From positions 248,001 to 312,000 of the forward strand of contig MU057615.1 in the NCBI GenBank assembly GCA_013265495.1: DNA of 64,000 nt, in the 5' to 3' direction. Within the stretch, counting starts at the first letter, position 1, and the number at the start of each line of letters is the position of its first letter. Under the pieces are notes generated by a model that was not told the origin of the DNA, made no database searches, and worked only from the letters and a program-made list of their open reading frames with translations. Both the position numbers and the translations under genes were made by a program. Source of the stretch: Vicugna vicugna (taxonomy: Eukaryota). This document shows positions 13,268-25,724 of the stretch, in pieces.

Positions 13268-13680
13268 TGAAGGAGGTTGTGGCTGTCGAGCCAGCAGCTG
13301 CTGCAGCCGGCCCTCAACTGTGCAGCCTGAGGGGACTCAGGGTAGAGAAAAAGGACAGCGGTCCCGGTCAGCTAAGGGGCATGTCAAGGGAGCGATTTCA
13401 CTGAGCCCACACTCTTGCATCTTCCCATACGTGGAAAAGTACGAAACTCATTAACTTGGAAAGTCTGGTTTTGCTTTACTTAACAGTAATCTTACCATGT
13501 TCTGACTACCTGATTCGTTTTGTTTGCAAAAGTCCTGTATATCCTGGCTCCTCTCCCACCTCTTCAGGACAGTCTCTCAGGGCTACCTGAGAGGCTGCCT
13601 CCCGGGCTTAAGTCCTCAGTTTGTCTACTGAATCCAACATAATTCTCAACTTTTAGGCTGTGCACTTTTTTCAGTTGAGA
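13268..13680 (+). mobile_element. ERV1-class solo LTR (MER34-like)
   Basis: Starts TGAAGG. The 3' end ...CATAATTCTCAACTTTTAGGCTGTGCACTTTTTTCAGTTGAGA resembles MER34-type U5, with the terminal CA mutated. TSD not clear. Confidence 0.75.
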
Positions 13681-15582
13681 GAGGAAAGGCAGTAGGGGAA
13701 GGAGGGACATTGACAAAGACCTGCATGATGGAAAGGCTTGATATTTGGTGAACTAAATTCTCTTCTGATGAAGTTCAAAGTTGAAGGAGCCCAACATCTT
13801 GAGATGATCTTGAATAGATATGTCAGGGTCAGATAATAAATTGTTTACTTAACTTTAATTCGCCTTTCTTTCATTATCCTCTTGAAAAGTTTTATATGTT
13901 TGCTATCCTCCCTAGCATTTTTGATTTTTAACTGTGTTTTACCTTGCTTTTACATAATACTAAAAATAAAATGAACAACTTAATCTTGTGTTGAGGATTC
14001 AGAGTCTTTCTAAATTTTATCAAGGCTCAGACGTCCTTTTATCTCACATCAGGCAGCTTTGCAGTAGATGTGCAGAGCACCAATTAACAGCAAGTTCGAG
14101 GTAACCCAAGTGTGTTCAGATAACTTAACGGTGAAAGAGTACAAAAACAAGGAGGTAACCACGCTAGGTGTCATTTATAAGACCTTTCAATTAATGGGAG
14201 TTAGAAGCATAGCTAAGAAAATGGCCTGACCCCAAAAGCTCGATGAGAGTGATGGTGGGACAACACGTGGACAATGCTAGTATACAGCTGCCTCGACACA
14301 AAATAATCCAGCCATTCTGCCTAGAAACTGCACGAGAGTCTAGGAATAGCTCTGATGCTTGAACATAGACCCTCCAGCTGTGAAGCTATGGTGTATAGAA
14401 AAAGCTTTCAGACGTGGGTATTGACAACACCTCCCCAGTCCTATTCTTCAGCCATGTGGAGGCCAAGGGTGGAATGTTCTCTCTGCCCCCTTGCTCTTCA
14501 GACATGCACGTGAGGCCCATCTTGGAAGCATAATTGTATCCATTGGATGCTGACTGCACATCCTTCGGCACATTCTAACCAACTAAAACTTCAGTTCTTG
14601 AAAAACAAAGCCATCCTTAAAAAAAAAAAAACAGCCTTTAATGAAAGTCAGTAGCCAATGTACTGAAAACAACATGCTTAATTGGAACTAAGCAGTCACT
14701 TTGATCATCTGAGGTCCTCAGATGCCATATCTGTTAAATGAAGTATTTGCCCAACGGTCTTGCAGCATCTTTCAGCTTTGACAACCACGTTGATTGCATT
14801 AGGCATTTAGCAGAATATAGAGGGAAACTAAGGGGAATCATGCAATATACAGGTCTCCAGGAAAGAATTGCTAACCAGGTGGCCAGCTAACCACCTGTGC
14901 TGCTCAAACAATAGCTTGGAGCAAACAGTATGCAGCTTTTCCTTGCTTTGTCTCTGCTGTCAACATCAGACAATCTAAAATGGCCCATATGCTACCTGTC
15001 TGGATAATCTCCAGGTTGCCTGGCAAAGTGTTCCTGTCACTGTCACTTGAGATCTTGGCAGTGGAGTCTGGGGCCACCCATTGTGCTTGGTCCAGCAGAC
15101 TTCGGGCATTATGCCACAGACCTGTTTTTGCCCTTGAAGTCTCAGGAGACCACCTGAGAAGAGGAGCAGGCACCTCCACTTCGTTAGCTGCTTGTTTAAA
15201 GCTGTTGCATGGTCTTTTCTTCATTGGTTACATGTCAACGACATAGACCCACAGTGAATTTTAGTCTTGTGGAAAATAACTGGGAATGACAAAATGAAGC
15301 GGCCACTCTGGCACACTACTCTCCTGCTGTATTTAATACAGCAAATACCGGGTTTCTCGTGCATGGAAATGTTACCAGGGGCTACTGGAAAGATATTAGT
15401 TGTTATTCCAGCAGTGGACACAAATGGGTGCAGATCCATGTATGTTATCAACACTGACAGCTTGTCAATGGCTCTGCACCGCACAGCTGTGACACTCTGC
15501 TCTCTTGTGTTCTTTCTCAATCAGGAGTCAAGATAATGGGGGAGAAACCACACATACCAGTGCAGTTGTGTCTGCTGTTGAG

Positions 15583-16128
15583 GTTTTTTTTTTAACAGAA
15601 CTAGAACAAATCATATTAAAATTTATATGGAATCACAAAAGACCCAAAATTGCCAAAGCATTACTGAAGAAAAAGAATGAAGCTGGAGGAATAACTCTCC
15701 CAGACTTCAGGCAATACTATAGAGCTACAGTCATCAAGACAGCATAGTATTGGTACAAAAACAGACATATGGACCAATGGAACAGAATAGAGAGCCCAAA
15801 AATGAACCACAAACTTTTGGTCAACTCATCTTCGACAAAGGAGGCAAGAAGATACAATGGAATAATGACAGTCTCTTCAGCAAATGGTGTTGGGAAAACT
15901 GGACAGCAGCATGTAAAACACTGAAGCTAGAACACTCCCTTACACCACACACAAAAATAAACTCAAAATGGATCAAAGACTAAAACACAATAAACCTCCT
16001 AGAAGAAAGCATGGGCAAAACATCTCACATACATCTCAGCAATGTTCTCCTCGGGCAGTCTACCCAAGCAATAGAAATAAAAGCAAGAATAAACAAATGG
16101 GACCTAAATTAAACTTACAAGCTTCTGC
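15583..16128 (+). mobile_element. Internal L1 ORF2 fragment, truncated at both ends, no poly(A), flanked by a TSD
   Basis: Encodes [50 protein letters not shown] and [27 protein letters not shown]. Direct repeat TCTGCTGTTGAG at 15571-15582 and 16124-16135. Confidence 0.95.
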
Positions 16129-16679
16129 TGTTGAGCTTTGAAGTGACCCAAGTGTGTTTACATGGTCATCCTGATCACATGACTGTCCCATGCTAACTAG
16201 CTTTTATGGCCAGTGCGCCGAGTTCCATTATTTAAAACCACCAATAGAATTAGAAACAGAATATTTTGTGATAAAACACATACTCTTCAGACCATATGCT
16301 TTGGATATATTTGCCCAAGGGCTAGATTAACCATTAACCATTGATAGAATATGTCAGTATTTTTCTGCCTCTCTTTTCCCTCAAACAATGAATATTTTTG
16401 GAATCTTTTACAAATATGTCTGCAATGACCAGCTGTGGATTAAACACTAATCTCTCTTAGCCTAGGTAGAAGGATGCAGGTAAGTTCATTGAGGAAATAG
16501 TTTTCTACAAAAGGAAGATAATTTAGAAAGAGGAATCTGCTCTGTTAGAAGGAAAATCTGACCCTAGTATTAGTACTTATCTTTTTCCTTATAGTTTGTG
16601 GGATGATGTTGGTGACGGCTACTCAGTAATCCAAATCCTAATTCAAGAATACCATTTGCGATTAATGTGAAGTGATTTT

Positions 16680-16840
16680 CATTTTCATATTCTTTTTCAC
16701 CGTGAGCTACTATGAAAATGGATATATGTATGTTCACGTATGACTGAAAAAGTGTGCTGTACACCAGAAACTGACACAACATTGTAAACTGACTATAACT
16801 CAATAAAAAAAGTAAGTACATATATATATATATATGTTAA
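16680..16840 (+). mobile_element. Short L1 3'-end insertion with 5' inversion
   Basis: 16680-16710 is the reverse complement of L1 3'UTR GTAGCTCACGGTGAAAAAGAATATGAAAATG (compare about 450-480). 16711-16811 is the sense 3' end with AATAAA. TSD-like repeat at 16664-16681 and 16842-16859. Confidence 0.9.
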
Positions 16841-17140
16841 AAATGTTAAATGATTTTCAATGATTAGGTGCTAGAGACAAGCTGTAAATGCAATTTGTTT
16901 CTATGAATTTTGACTATTTTGTTTATATCCAATAAGCCTGAGTATACATGAGGAAAAAGAAAAACAATTAGAAGAAGATGATCTATTTCCCTAAATCTTG
17001 GTTCCATAAAGCTAATTATAATGAATTTGTCATCCCATGAAAAGTCCACATATTTTACAAAAAGGAAATCGTGCTAAGTATATCAAAGTATCATACTGCT
17101 CTCTTAAAACAACAGAATAAATGTGAAGGGGAAGATGCAG

Positions 17141-17823
17141 GGTTTTTTTTAAACATTTTTTATTGATTTATAATCATTATACAATGTGTCAAATTTCAGT
17201 GTAGAGCACAATTTTTCAGTTATACATGAATATATATATAATTCATTGTCACATTTTTTTCTCTGTGAGCTACCATAAGATCTTGTATATATTTCCCTGT
17301 GCTATACAGTGCAATCTTGTTTATCTATTCTACACTTTGAAATCCCAGTCTGTCCTTCCCACCTCCTTCCCTCTTGGCAACCACAAGTGTGTATTCTGTG
17401 TCTATGAATCTGTTTCTGTTTTGTATTTATGCTTTGTTTGTTAGGTTCCACATATGAGCGATCTCATATGGTATTTTTCTTTCTGTTTCTGGCTTACTTC
17501 ACTTAGAATGACAGTCTCCAGAGTTATCCATGTTGCTGCAAATGGTGTTATGTTGTCATTTTTATGGCTGAATAGTATTCCGTTGTATAAATATACCACC
17601 TCTTCTTTATCCAGTCATCTGTTGATGCACATTTAGGCTGTTTCCATGTCTTGGCTATTGTAAATAGTGATGCTATGAACATTGTGGTGAAGGTATCTTT
17701 TTGAAGTAGGGTTCCTTCTGGATATATGCCCAGGAGTGGGATTCCTGGGTCATATGATAAGTCTATTCCTAGTCTTTTGAGGAATCTCCATACTGTTTTC
17801 CACAGTGGCTGCACCAAACTGCA
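17141..17823 (-). mobile_element. 5'-truncated young L1 with TSD
   Basis: ORF2 C-terminus [34 protein letters not shown]-rich tail at the left. TSD GAAGATGCAG at 17131-17140 and 17824-17833. Confidence 0.95.
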
Positions 17824-18274
17824 GAAGATGCAGTTTAATAAGGTTAATTCACTTTGATTGGTTAAGAGCAAAAGAATATTCCAATCATTTTTTTAAAATA
17901 AATAGCCAGAAAACAACACTGCAATGTACATCTTAATAACTTTCAAGCAAACACTGTTCAGTGTCTATTGTTTTAATTGACTGAGGATGCAGTTAGTTAT
18001 AGTTTAAGTTAATAAAAACCTAAAATAGTGCACAAAATTATATTCAACTATTAACTCAGCTTCAAGCCTTTATCTGTGCATGTTTTATAAAAGATGTCTT
18101 TGTTATTAGCCTGATTCTTTGAGAAGAAACAATAACTAAAATAAAATCAGAATCTTAGCTAGGGGCTGATTTTCTGATGACATTTTCATGTGTTTTTTTC
18201 CTCTCAGTTTTATTTAATAAACCTAGTTTGATCAACAACCACACTTTATTCATAAGAATGAGTTTCTTACAGCC

Positions 18275-18485
18275 TTTGTTTATTTATTTTTATTTATTTT
18301 TATTTTTAATTGAGGCGTAGCCAGTTTACAATGCTGTGTCAGTTTCTGGTGGACAGCGCCACGCTTCAGCCCTACATGAACATACATATATTCATTACTC
18401 ATATTCTTTTTCACCGTGAGCTACTACAAGATATTGAATATGGTTCCTTGTGCTCTACAGTATTAACTTGTTTATCTATTTTACA
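18275..18485 (-). mobile_element. Short L1 3'UTR fragment with (TTTA)n tail
   Basis: Reverse-complement match to the L1 3'UTR at about 385-573. Confidence 0.9.
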
Positions 18486-21400
18486 AATTTAAGTCCAGCA
18501 CTAAATGTAAAGTGTTACCATCACTAAGCTTGTTTAAATGGTCCCGCTCAAAAGCTGCCTCCTCTTTGACTCCTTCAATACCTCCCCATACCTGGCCGCC
18601 TCCCTCCCAGGGCCAAGCACTCACTGTGCCTGGGCCTTCTCCCAGGTCCCAGGCAGGCCCCTCTACTTGACTGGTCCTTACTGTAACCGAGAACTCACGT
18701 GGCAGCAGCTGTGTCGTGGTGATCCGACGATGACTAGGTTTGTGACCTCAAACAAGATGTTATCTCAGCCGGGTTAATTCCCTCCGTCTACCAAGTGCTA
18801 GCTGTCCCCCTTGCCTAACCTACAGCGCTGCGGAAATGAAGGGACATGCAGCGTCACAGGAGAAGGATGAGTTATGCTAGACAGGGCCTGGTCCAGAAGT
18901 TAGGATTCTTGGGTTCCAGCTCTTAGTCAGGAAGATCTGCTTACTCTTTCCAAGTATCTCTACCTATGAAAAGAATTTGAACCATGTGCTGCTAAAGTAT
19001 AATTTTCAAACAGTTAAAATGATGACTCTTACAAATATAAAATGAACACGTTGGACATTTTAATCGACTCCTTAATGAATGAGGCTATTGCTAGATGCCA
19101 GTATTAGAGGAACTAGGTATTCATAGGAAATTTGATGAAGAAATGTTAGGAAAAAAGATTTCTGTGTTAGATACAAAACTAGCAACTTCCTGCAGAGAAA
19201 TAACCCGTAACCTTTAAGGGTTGTCTTTTCCACCAGACAGAAATCTACAAGCCAGCACAGGGAGCTGCACGGCGCCTGAGGGATTTAATAAGTAGTCCTG
19301 GCAGTGTGCATTACAAAGACTCTTACAGCCCTAAAATTCTATGAATCAGTATTAATAATACTTGATTTAATAAGTGGTAATTCACAGGAGCTAAAAAATT
19401 GCTGTGGAAATAGGAGCTTTTTCATGTTTCATACAAGCTGCTGACCATTACTTTGGTGATTGTTAACCCTCAGTATTACAGGAAAATAAGTTTTCTTTCT
19501 TATGACTATGTGCTGAAAACACAGATAATTTGATTTATAAACACAAATGACAATGAACAGACCAGTAAAAGGGACTCTTCATTAGTTCCCTCTCCTGGTC
19601 AGGTCAGCTGATCTCTTTTGCTTTTCTCTGGAGCAGTAAGACGTGCCGCCATAGCCCCAGCGTGAATTTCATGTTACTACCCGATATCTACTTCATGTTT
19701 CTTCATTTTGTTATTTATTGTCTAATTTCAAAGGGGATGCCCAAGGCTTCTTGAATTCTTTAGACTTCATAAATATCATTTGAATTATTTTGGTTAAAAG
19801 GAGTTCCACCTAATGTATCCTAGAACTTTCTATTAATCTATTTGCATTTGAAATTAAGAAATCCACCTTATATTTTGTCTGTTTTCAAGTCTGTTCCTAT
19901 TACCCACAAATACTTTACCCCTACAAGCCCGGTGTAATGTCTGTGTGTTTTCCATTGTCTCGGGGTGGGTTTGCCCAGCAACAAAGTCTATAAGAAACAC
20001 TTGGTACGAGCAGTGTGTTTGGGAGGAGACCTCCGAGCATCCAGAGGTGAGGCAGCCAGTGGAAGGTGTGTGCGGAGCAGGTGCTGCTGTGGGTGCCTCG
20101 GTGTGATACACTGCAGAGGTGCCCTGACTGGGGCTAAGGGAGCGAGGGCTTCTCCTCTAACTCCATTCGTCACTGGCTGAGGTCCTGCCACTTGCAAGGG
20201 GAGGAAGGCTGCAGACAGAGGGTTGCAGGAGCTGCTGTGGGACAAACGACCTGGAGCTGTGGGTCCCAAAGGGACCAGCACCGTTCATGTGGGCGTGTCA
20301 CTGGGAGTGTCTCGGGTGCACATGGCTGTTCATAAAACTGACCTGTGGAGTCTTTGAAACAATGTCTAGTATTAGTTTTGCGTGTCTCATTCAGTCAGAT
20401 TTGAGTTGGCCTTCATCCTCTTCTGAAATCCTTTTTGAGATGTTTGTGCTGGAACAAGATACGGAGAATTGAAACAGCAGTTAAATGATCAAATGGCCTT
20501 GACAGGTGTAAGGAGTTAGGGAAGGGGCCTTGTAAACCACTTAATGCGCCCTTTGACATTACAGACGATTGAGTGACTTGTCCCCAGATACCCAGTTGAT
20601 GAGTGGTAAGCTCTTACCCCGCACATGATGTCTCTTCCTAAAAAAATGAGCTGTTCCGTCTGTGACTTTGGCATAGGCTCTAGGGAGAAGTTATAAGGTG
20701 GGGAGATTGTCCGGTGTTCTCTCACTTCGTTTCACACAACTGATGTGTATTACTTGCCAACCTTCCCCAAAGCATTCCATGCCTCCTCAGCTCCTCTCGT
20801 GGGCTACAGGGGGCCCAGATTTAGTGTGGCTCGGTCTGGCCAGCTTTCCAGACCGTCTGTTAGATGATGGGGACTTTAATATCTACCAGGAGTGACCAGC
20901 GGTCAAAGCTACCCCGTGAGAGTGCGTCTTACCAGCGAAGTAACCCTTACTTGGGGTGGACGAAGACATTTTTATTGTAACTGTATGAGCCAGGTATGGA
21001 TTCTGAAATCTCACAGTTTTGCACTTGGGTGAGTGACCTAGTATGTCGTGCACGTTTAAGGCTCCAGTGTGGTTATTTCTGGTCCATGTTCTGACTCTGG
21101 TTTGTCTAGTGACTTGATTATTGATTTGTTTAAGCCATGATAAGCGGTCAGGGAGCTAACATGCACGCCACGGCAGCAATTTCACTTATTTTAGAAAAGA
21201 AGTTTGGTCTCACTGAAGAAAATGAGATCAGATCATGCAAATTCCTCATTTTCCGAAGTTGGTCTGTGAAGGAAACCAAGTTAATTGTGAACAGATTGGA
21301 GAGCAGATTATGGGATGAAAAAAAAAGAAGTTGAATGAAGAAGGCCTTCTCTGGATGCCCTCCACGGAGAGGGCCAACCATGTTGTGTGTGTTGGGAGAA

Positions 21401-21499
21401 GTGTCGCTTTGCTCTGTGCCCCTGCGCGTGGGAACCAAGCCTTTCTCAGTGTCCCCAAGAGAAATGTCGTCCCTCCTCCTTCCTTCCCATTTTTTTTTT

Positions 21500-23728
21500 T
21501 GGCTCCAATGGTTTTAACTGAGAATTTTACATCTGATATCACTCCATGTTTTCTCCTTTCATTATATTAACTATACTTTTTTTTTTGCCTTTTTAGTGGT
21601 TGCTCTTGAGTTCGCAATACACAGTTACCACTAATTCAAGTCCACGTTCAGATAACACTGTACCATTTCACAGATAGTGCAGGCACCTTAGAGTGTGTCT
21701 AATTCCTCTCTCACTTCCGTCATCTCTTACGATACTGGTGCCATTCAACTCCCTTATCCAGAAAGTATAACCATCAAATTCTTCACCACTATTGTTATGT
21801 TGAACAAATTGTTAACTATTGGATCAATTAAGAATGAGAAAAATAAAACATTTTATTTTACCTCCATTTATTCCTTGTCTAATGCTCTTCCTTGTTTTAT
21901 TTAGACCTGCATTTCTGACCTACATAATTTTCCCTCTTTCCAAAGAACTTGATTTACAGTTCTTACAAGGCAGGTCTAATGGTGAGAAATGTCTTCAGTT
22001 GTTTGTGTGAGAAAGTCTTCATTGTTCTCCAACTTTGTAGAATAATCCTTCTGGGTACAGAATTCTAGGCTGGTAGTTTTTTTCTTTCAACACTTAAATG
22101 GTTTACTCCTCTCTTGTCTTGCATCCATGGCTTATGAATGTAATTCCAATGTAATTCTTACCCGTTCTCTTCTATGGACAAGGGGTCTCGCCCCAAACCT
22201 GGCTTCTTTCAAGATACTCTTTTTGCCTTTGACTTTCTGCAGTTTGAATATGATATACATAGGTGTATATTTTTCTCAGGATTCTCTGAGATTCTTGGAT
22301 CTGTGGCTTGATGTCTACCATTAATTTTGGAAAATTCCCAGTTATTATTTTTTTCAAATATTTCTTCTGTTCATTTCCCTTTCTTCTCCTTCTGATTTTT
22401 CCATTGCATGCAGGATGTACTTTTGTGATTGTCCCCTGGTTCTTGGATATTCTGGCCTTTTCATTGTTTTCTTTTTTATTTGCGTTTTTGTTTTGGAAGC
22501 TTATTTTGACATGTCTTCAAGCTCACTGATTATTTTCTTGGTTGTGTCCAGTTTACTGATGAGCCCATGAAAGACATTTCTCATCTGTGTTACAGTTTAC
22601 GTATTAGTTATAATCGTTTTAAGTTTCTGGTCAATTATTCCAAAATCTCTGCCACATTTGAGTCTGGTTCTGAAGCTTGTATCCCTCTTCAAACTGTGTT
22701 TTTATCCGTTAGAATGCCTTATCATTTTTGCTGAATGTCAGACACGATGCATTTGTAAAAGGAACTGAGGTAAACAGATCTTTAGTGTGAGGTTTTTCAC
22801 TTAGCTAGCTTAGAATTACGTTTACTGTTAACTGTAGTTATGGGCGTCAGAGGCTACAGTTTCCTGCAGTGTCCTTGCTTTGGGCTCCTCTGTTGTCTTT
22901 GGGTTTCCCTAAAGACATCTTCTTAAGTAAGATATGAGACATGTGGCTCTTCCTGTTGTCTGCTCCTGCTACAATACAGGAACCCCACTGATGTGGTGTA
23001 AGGTGTCAGGAGAGAAAAGGGGTCTGTAGTCCCATTATTAAGTCTCAGTCTTTTAGCGAGCCTGGCTTCCCAGGCTGTGACCTTTACAAATGCTGCTTCT
23101 TCACAAATGCTTTTGTCCTTCCCACCGTCAGGTGAGACAGGAAGCCCAGGCTGGGGCCTGGTGTAGGTACTTCCTTCCCTAAGGTTAGTCAGGGGCCAGT
23201 AAAACCTCTGTTCTACCCTGTTTTTGCTGGTAAAACAGTTCCCTTGAAGATAGGCCTTGTTAAGAAAAACAGAATGTTCTAGGTGTATTGCATAATGACT
23301 ATTCCCCCCCTCCCCCACTGCTGGAAGCACGGTTTCAAGGTGGGTATTTCTCTGGCCTTCACTGTGAGAACACGGAAAGGCTCCTGGAGGTAATACTCAT
23401 GAAAATGTGGGGGCCCTCCTCATACTGGACCCCCTGGAATTTTCAACTTCCAAATTTGCCCACGTTGAGCCTCTAGCAATTTGCCAGTTACAGTTCTGTT
23501 TTTTTTCTATTTTAGTGCTGGTTCCAGCGGAGGTTTCTGCTCCAATAAGTTGTGAGTCTTGTATTCACCTGTCTGTCACCAAGTTTTGGAAGCATTAATT
23601 TGCCTCGTGACCACAATCCTTTGATGGATCTAAGAGGAGTTGTTTATTTTCAGTTTGTTCAGGTTTTTTTCTTGTCGTGATGTTGGAAGTGATGACTTCC
23701 AAGCTCCTTACATGCAGGACCAGAAAGT
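21500..23728 (-). mobile_element. Ancient L1 5' half (5'UTR, ORF1, spacer; L1MC/MD-like)
   Basis: ORF1 remnant KKIITGNFPKLMVDIKPQIQESQRILRKI. The right end reads ACTTTCTGGTCCTGCATGTAAGGAGCTTGGAAGTCATCAC on the minus strand, like L1MC/MD 5' termini. Confidence 0.85.
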
Positions 23729-24119
23729 AAAGGAGGAGGGAAGTCTTATTCCTTTGTTTCTCCTGACCCTCTCTTATGCGTAGGACCCAGGCTGGTGATT
23801 TCAGTTGTTTTTCCCCCAACAGTATATCTGATTGGATGTGGGGAATCCAAGGAGACTGAGATGACTTTCAGGGTTCAGGGGTTGTGCTGAATAGCTGGAA
23901 ATACGATTTGTTTATGAGCTTCCCCCTCCCCATGTCAGCCTGCCCCAAAGCCAAGGGTTCTCAGAGGAATTTGTTATTTTAGGATATAACTTATTAGAGA
24001 TTAGATATAGTTATTATAATTGCTTCCATATTCTCTGACTACTGAAACTAGTGTTGCAGTCATAAAACTTCGCTGAAGATTAAGCTACAGTGAGATGAAA
24101 GCTCTCTATATCTCCGCAC

Positions 24120-25170
24120 TCCACTTATCGCATACCTAATACACGCTAAGTTCTCTTCTAGGCACTGGAAATACAGCAGGAAACAAAACAGACAAAAATG
24201 CCTATCTTCTTGACATGTTCATGCCATATTCTATACCAAAAAAAAATAAATAAACAAATGTGAAATATACAGTGTGACAGATGGAGGCAAGATATACAGA
24301 TAGAAGTACGTTAGGGAAAGTGTATAGAGATGGCAGTGAGGGGAGGGCGGCTCTTTCAAGGGGGCACTGGCAGCTGTGTTGATTAAGTGACAAGAGCATT
24401 CAGGACAAAGGGAAGAATAAGTGTAAAGTCCCTGAGGCAGAGCATTCTTAGACTATTCAAGGAGAAGCTGGAGGCCACCATATGGCTTTCGCCCAAGGAA
24501 GATGGGAGCCATTGGAGACTTTTGAGCAGAAAGGAGACATGATTTGATTCATATTTTGAAAGGTTTGTGGAAAATAAATATGAAGAGAACACGGGCACAT
24601 ACAAGGATACCAAGAAAAGGCGTGAGATGATGTAGTTTAGACAAGCGTGTATCAGAAGGGATGAGGAGCTGTGACTGTGTTCTGAGCATGTGTTGTGCAC
24701 AGTGAACACTGTTTGGTGAGGGATGGAACTTGCAGGAGGAGAGAGCAGAGTGCTCATGGATTAATCCAATTGTTAGGTGTAGAGGTGAGGACCCCTGTGA
24801 GAAGAGTGGGTTGTGATGGAAAGATTGAGGGAAATCTAGAGCTCTGTTTGGGGAAATACTAAGTTTTATATGTTTGATAGACATTTGGAAATGTTGAGTG
24901 TGGTTGGAGTTACCAGCTCTCCAATCAGTGAAGAGTCTAAATGTAACTTTGGAAACTATCAGCAAAGAGTTGGAATGTGAGGACTTGTAACTGGATGAAA
25001 TCACAGAGGCTGCAAATGAAGGGAGAAGGTAAATCACTTGAAGACGGACCCATAGAACACTCCTGCATTGAGGGATTGGAGAGGTGAAGAGAAGGGTGCC
25101 AAGGAGACAGAAGTGGGTTGATGATGGCCACTGAGGCGCACTGATGCACGAGGAGCCCCAGCCTGGCAAC
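24120..25170 (-). mobile_element. L2 LINE 3' fragment
   Basis: CTAGGCACTGGAAATACAGCAGGAAACAAAACAGACAAAAAT...GGAGCCATTGGAGACTTTTGAGCAG...ACATGATTTGATT is typical antisense L2a. Residual HIKLSISP motif. Confidence 0.85.
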
Positions 25171-25436
25171 AACCTTGACCAGGTTCACTAATGGTTGACG
25201 TGCCTCTAAGCTTGATCTTGACTGAGGCACAGTCATCTTCAGCTGAGTACAGTTGTCTCAGTTTTGAATTCTCACTGTTACTTGTCTATCATGAAAATCA
25301 AGTCTATTTCGTCTCTCTATCCCATCACCCAGGACCACCTTTCTGCTTGTTTAACTTAATCTGACAACTAGGCTGTATGCATCTTATGCATCATGACAGA
25401 ACCCTGTCTTGTGCCCCTGTGACATCTCCCGTAGAA

Positions 25437-25520
25437 GTGGAGGGACTGCAAGTCTAGGCTATGACTTTACACAACTCACTTACCCCTCAGTTTCCCCACC
25501 TGAAAGTGACCATTCGTCTA
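25437..25520 (+). mobile_element. MIR SINE fragment
   Basis: GCTATGACTTTACACAACTCACTTACCCCTCAGTTTCCCCACCTGAAA resembles the MIR core. Confidence 0.55.
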
Positions 25521-25597
25521 ACTGCTCAGAGCAATTGCGACTTAATGCTTGTTTCTCAGCTAATTTCCCAGTTTAGTATTTTTCCCATTTTTTTCCA

Positions 25598-25724
25598 TTT
25601 TTTTGAGGGGGGAGGTACTTAGGTTTGTTTATTTATTTATTTACTTAATGGAGATACTGGGGATTGAACCCAGGACCGCATGCATGCTAAGCATGTGCTC
25701 TACCAGTTGAGCTACACCCTCCCC
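25598..25724 (-). mobile_element. Camelid tRNA-derived SINE (Vic-1-like)
   Basis: Minus strand GGGGAGGGTGTAGCTCAACTGGTAGAGC (A box)...GGTTCAATCCC (B box)...(TAAA)n...ACCTAAGTACCTCCCCCC and an A tail. TCCATTTTTT at 25594-25603 and 25732-25741 is a probable TSD. Confidence 0.9.

Noticed and set aside
24549..25172. 207-aa minus-strand ORF
   Set aside because: It lies within a degraded L2 element and is not a host gene.
25640..25724. tRNA gene
   Set aside because: The tRNA-like head is followed by a SINE body, tail and TSD, so it is a SINE.
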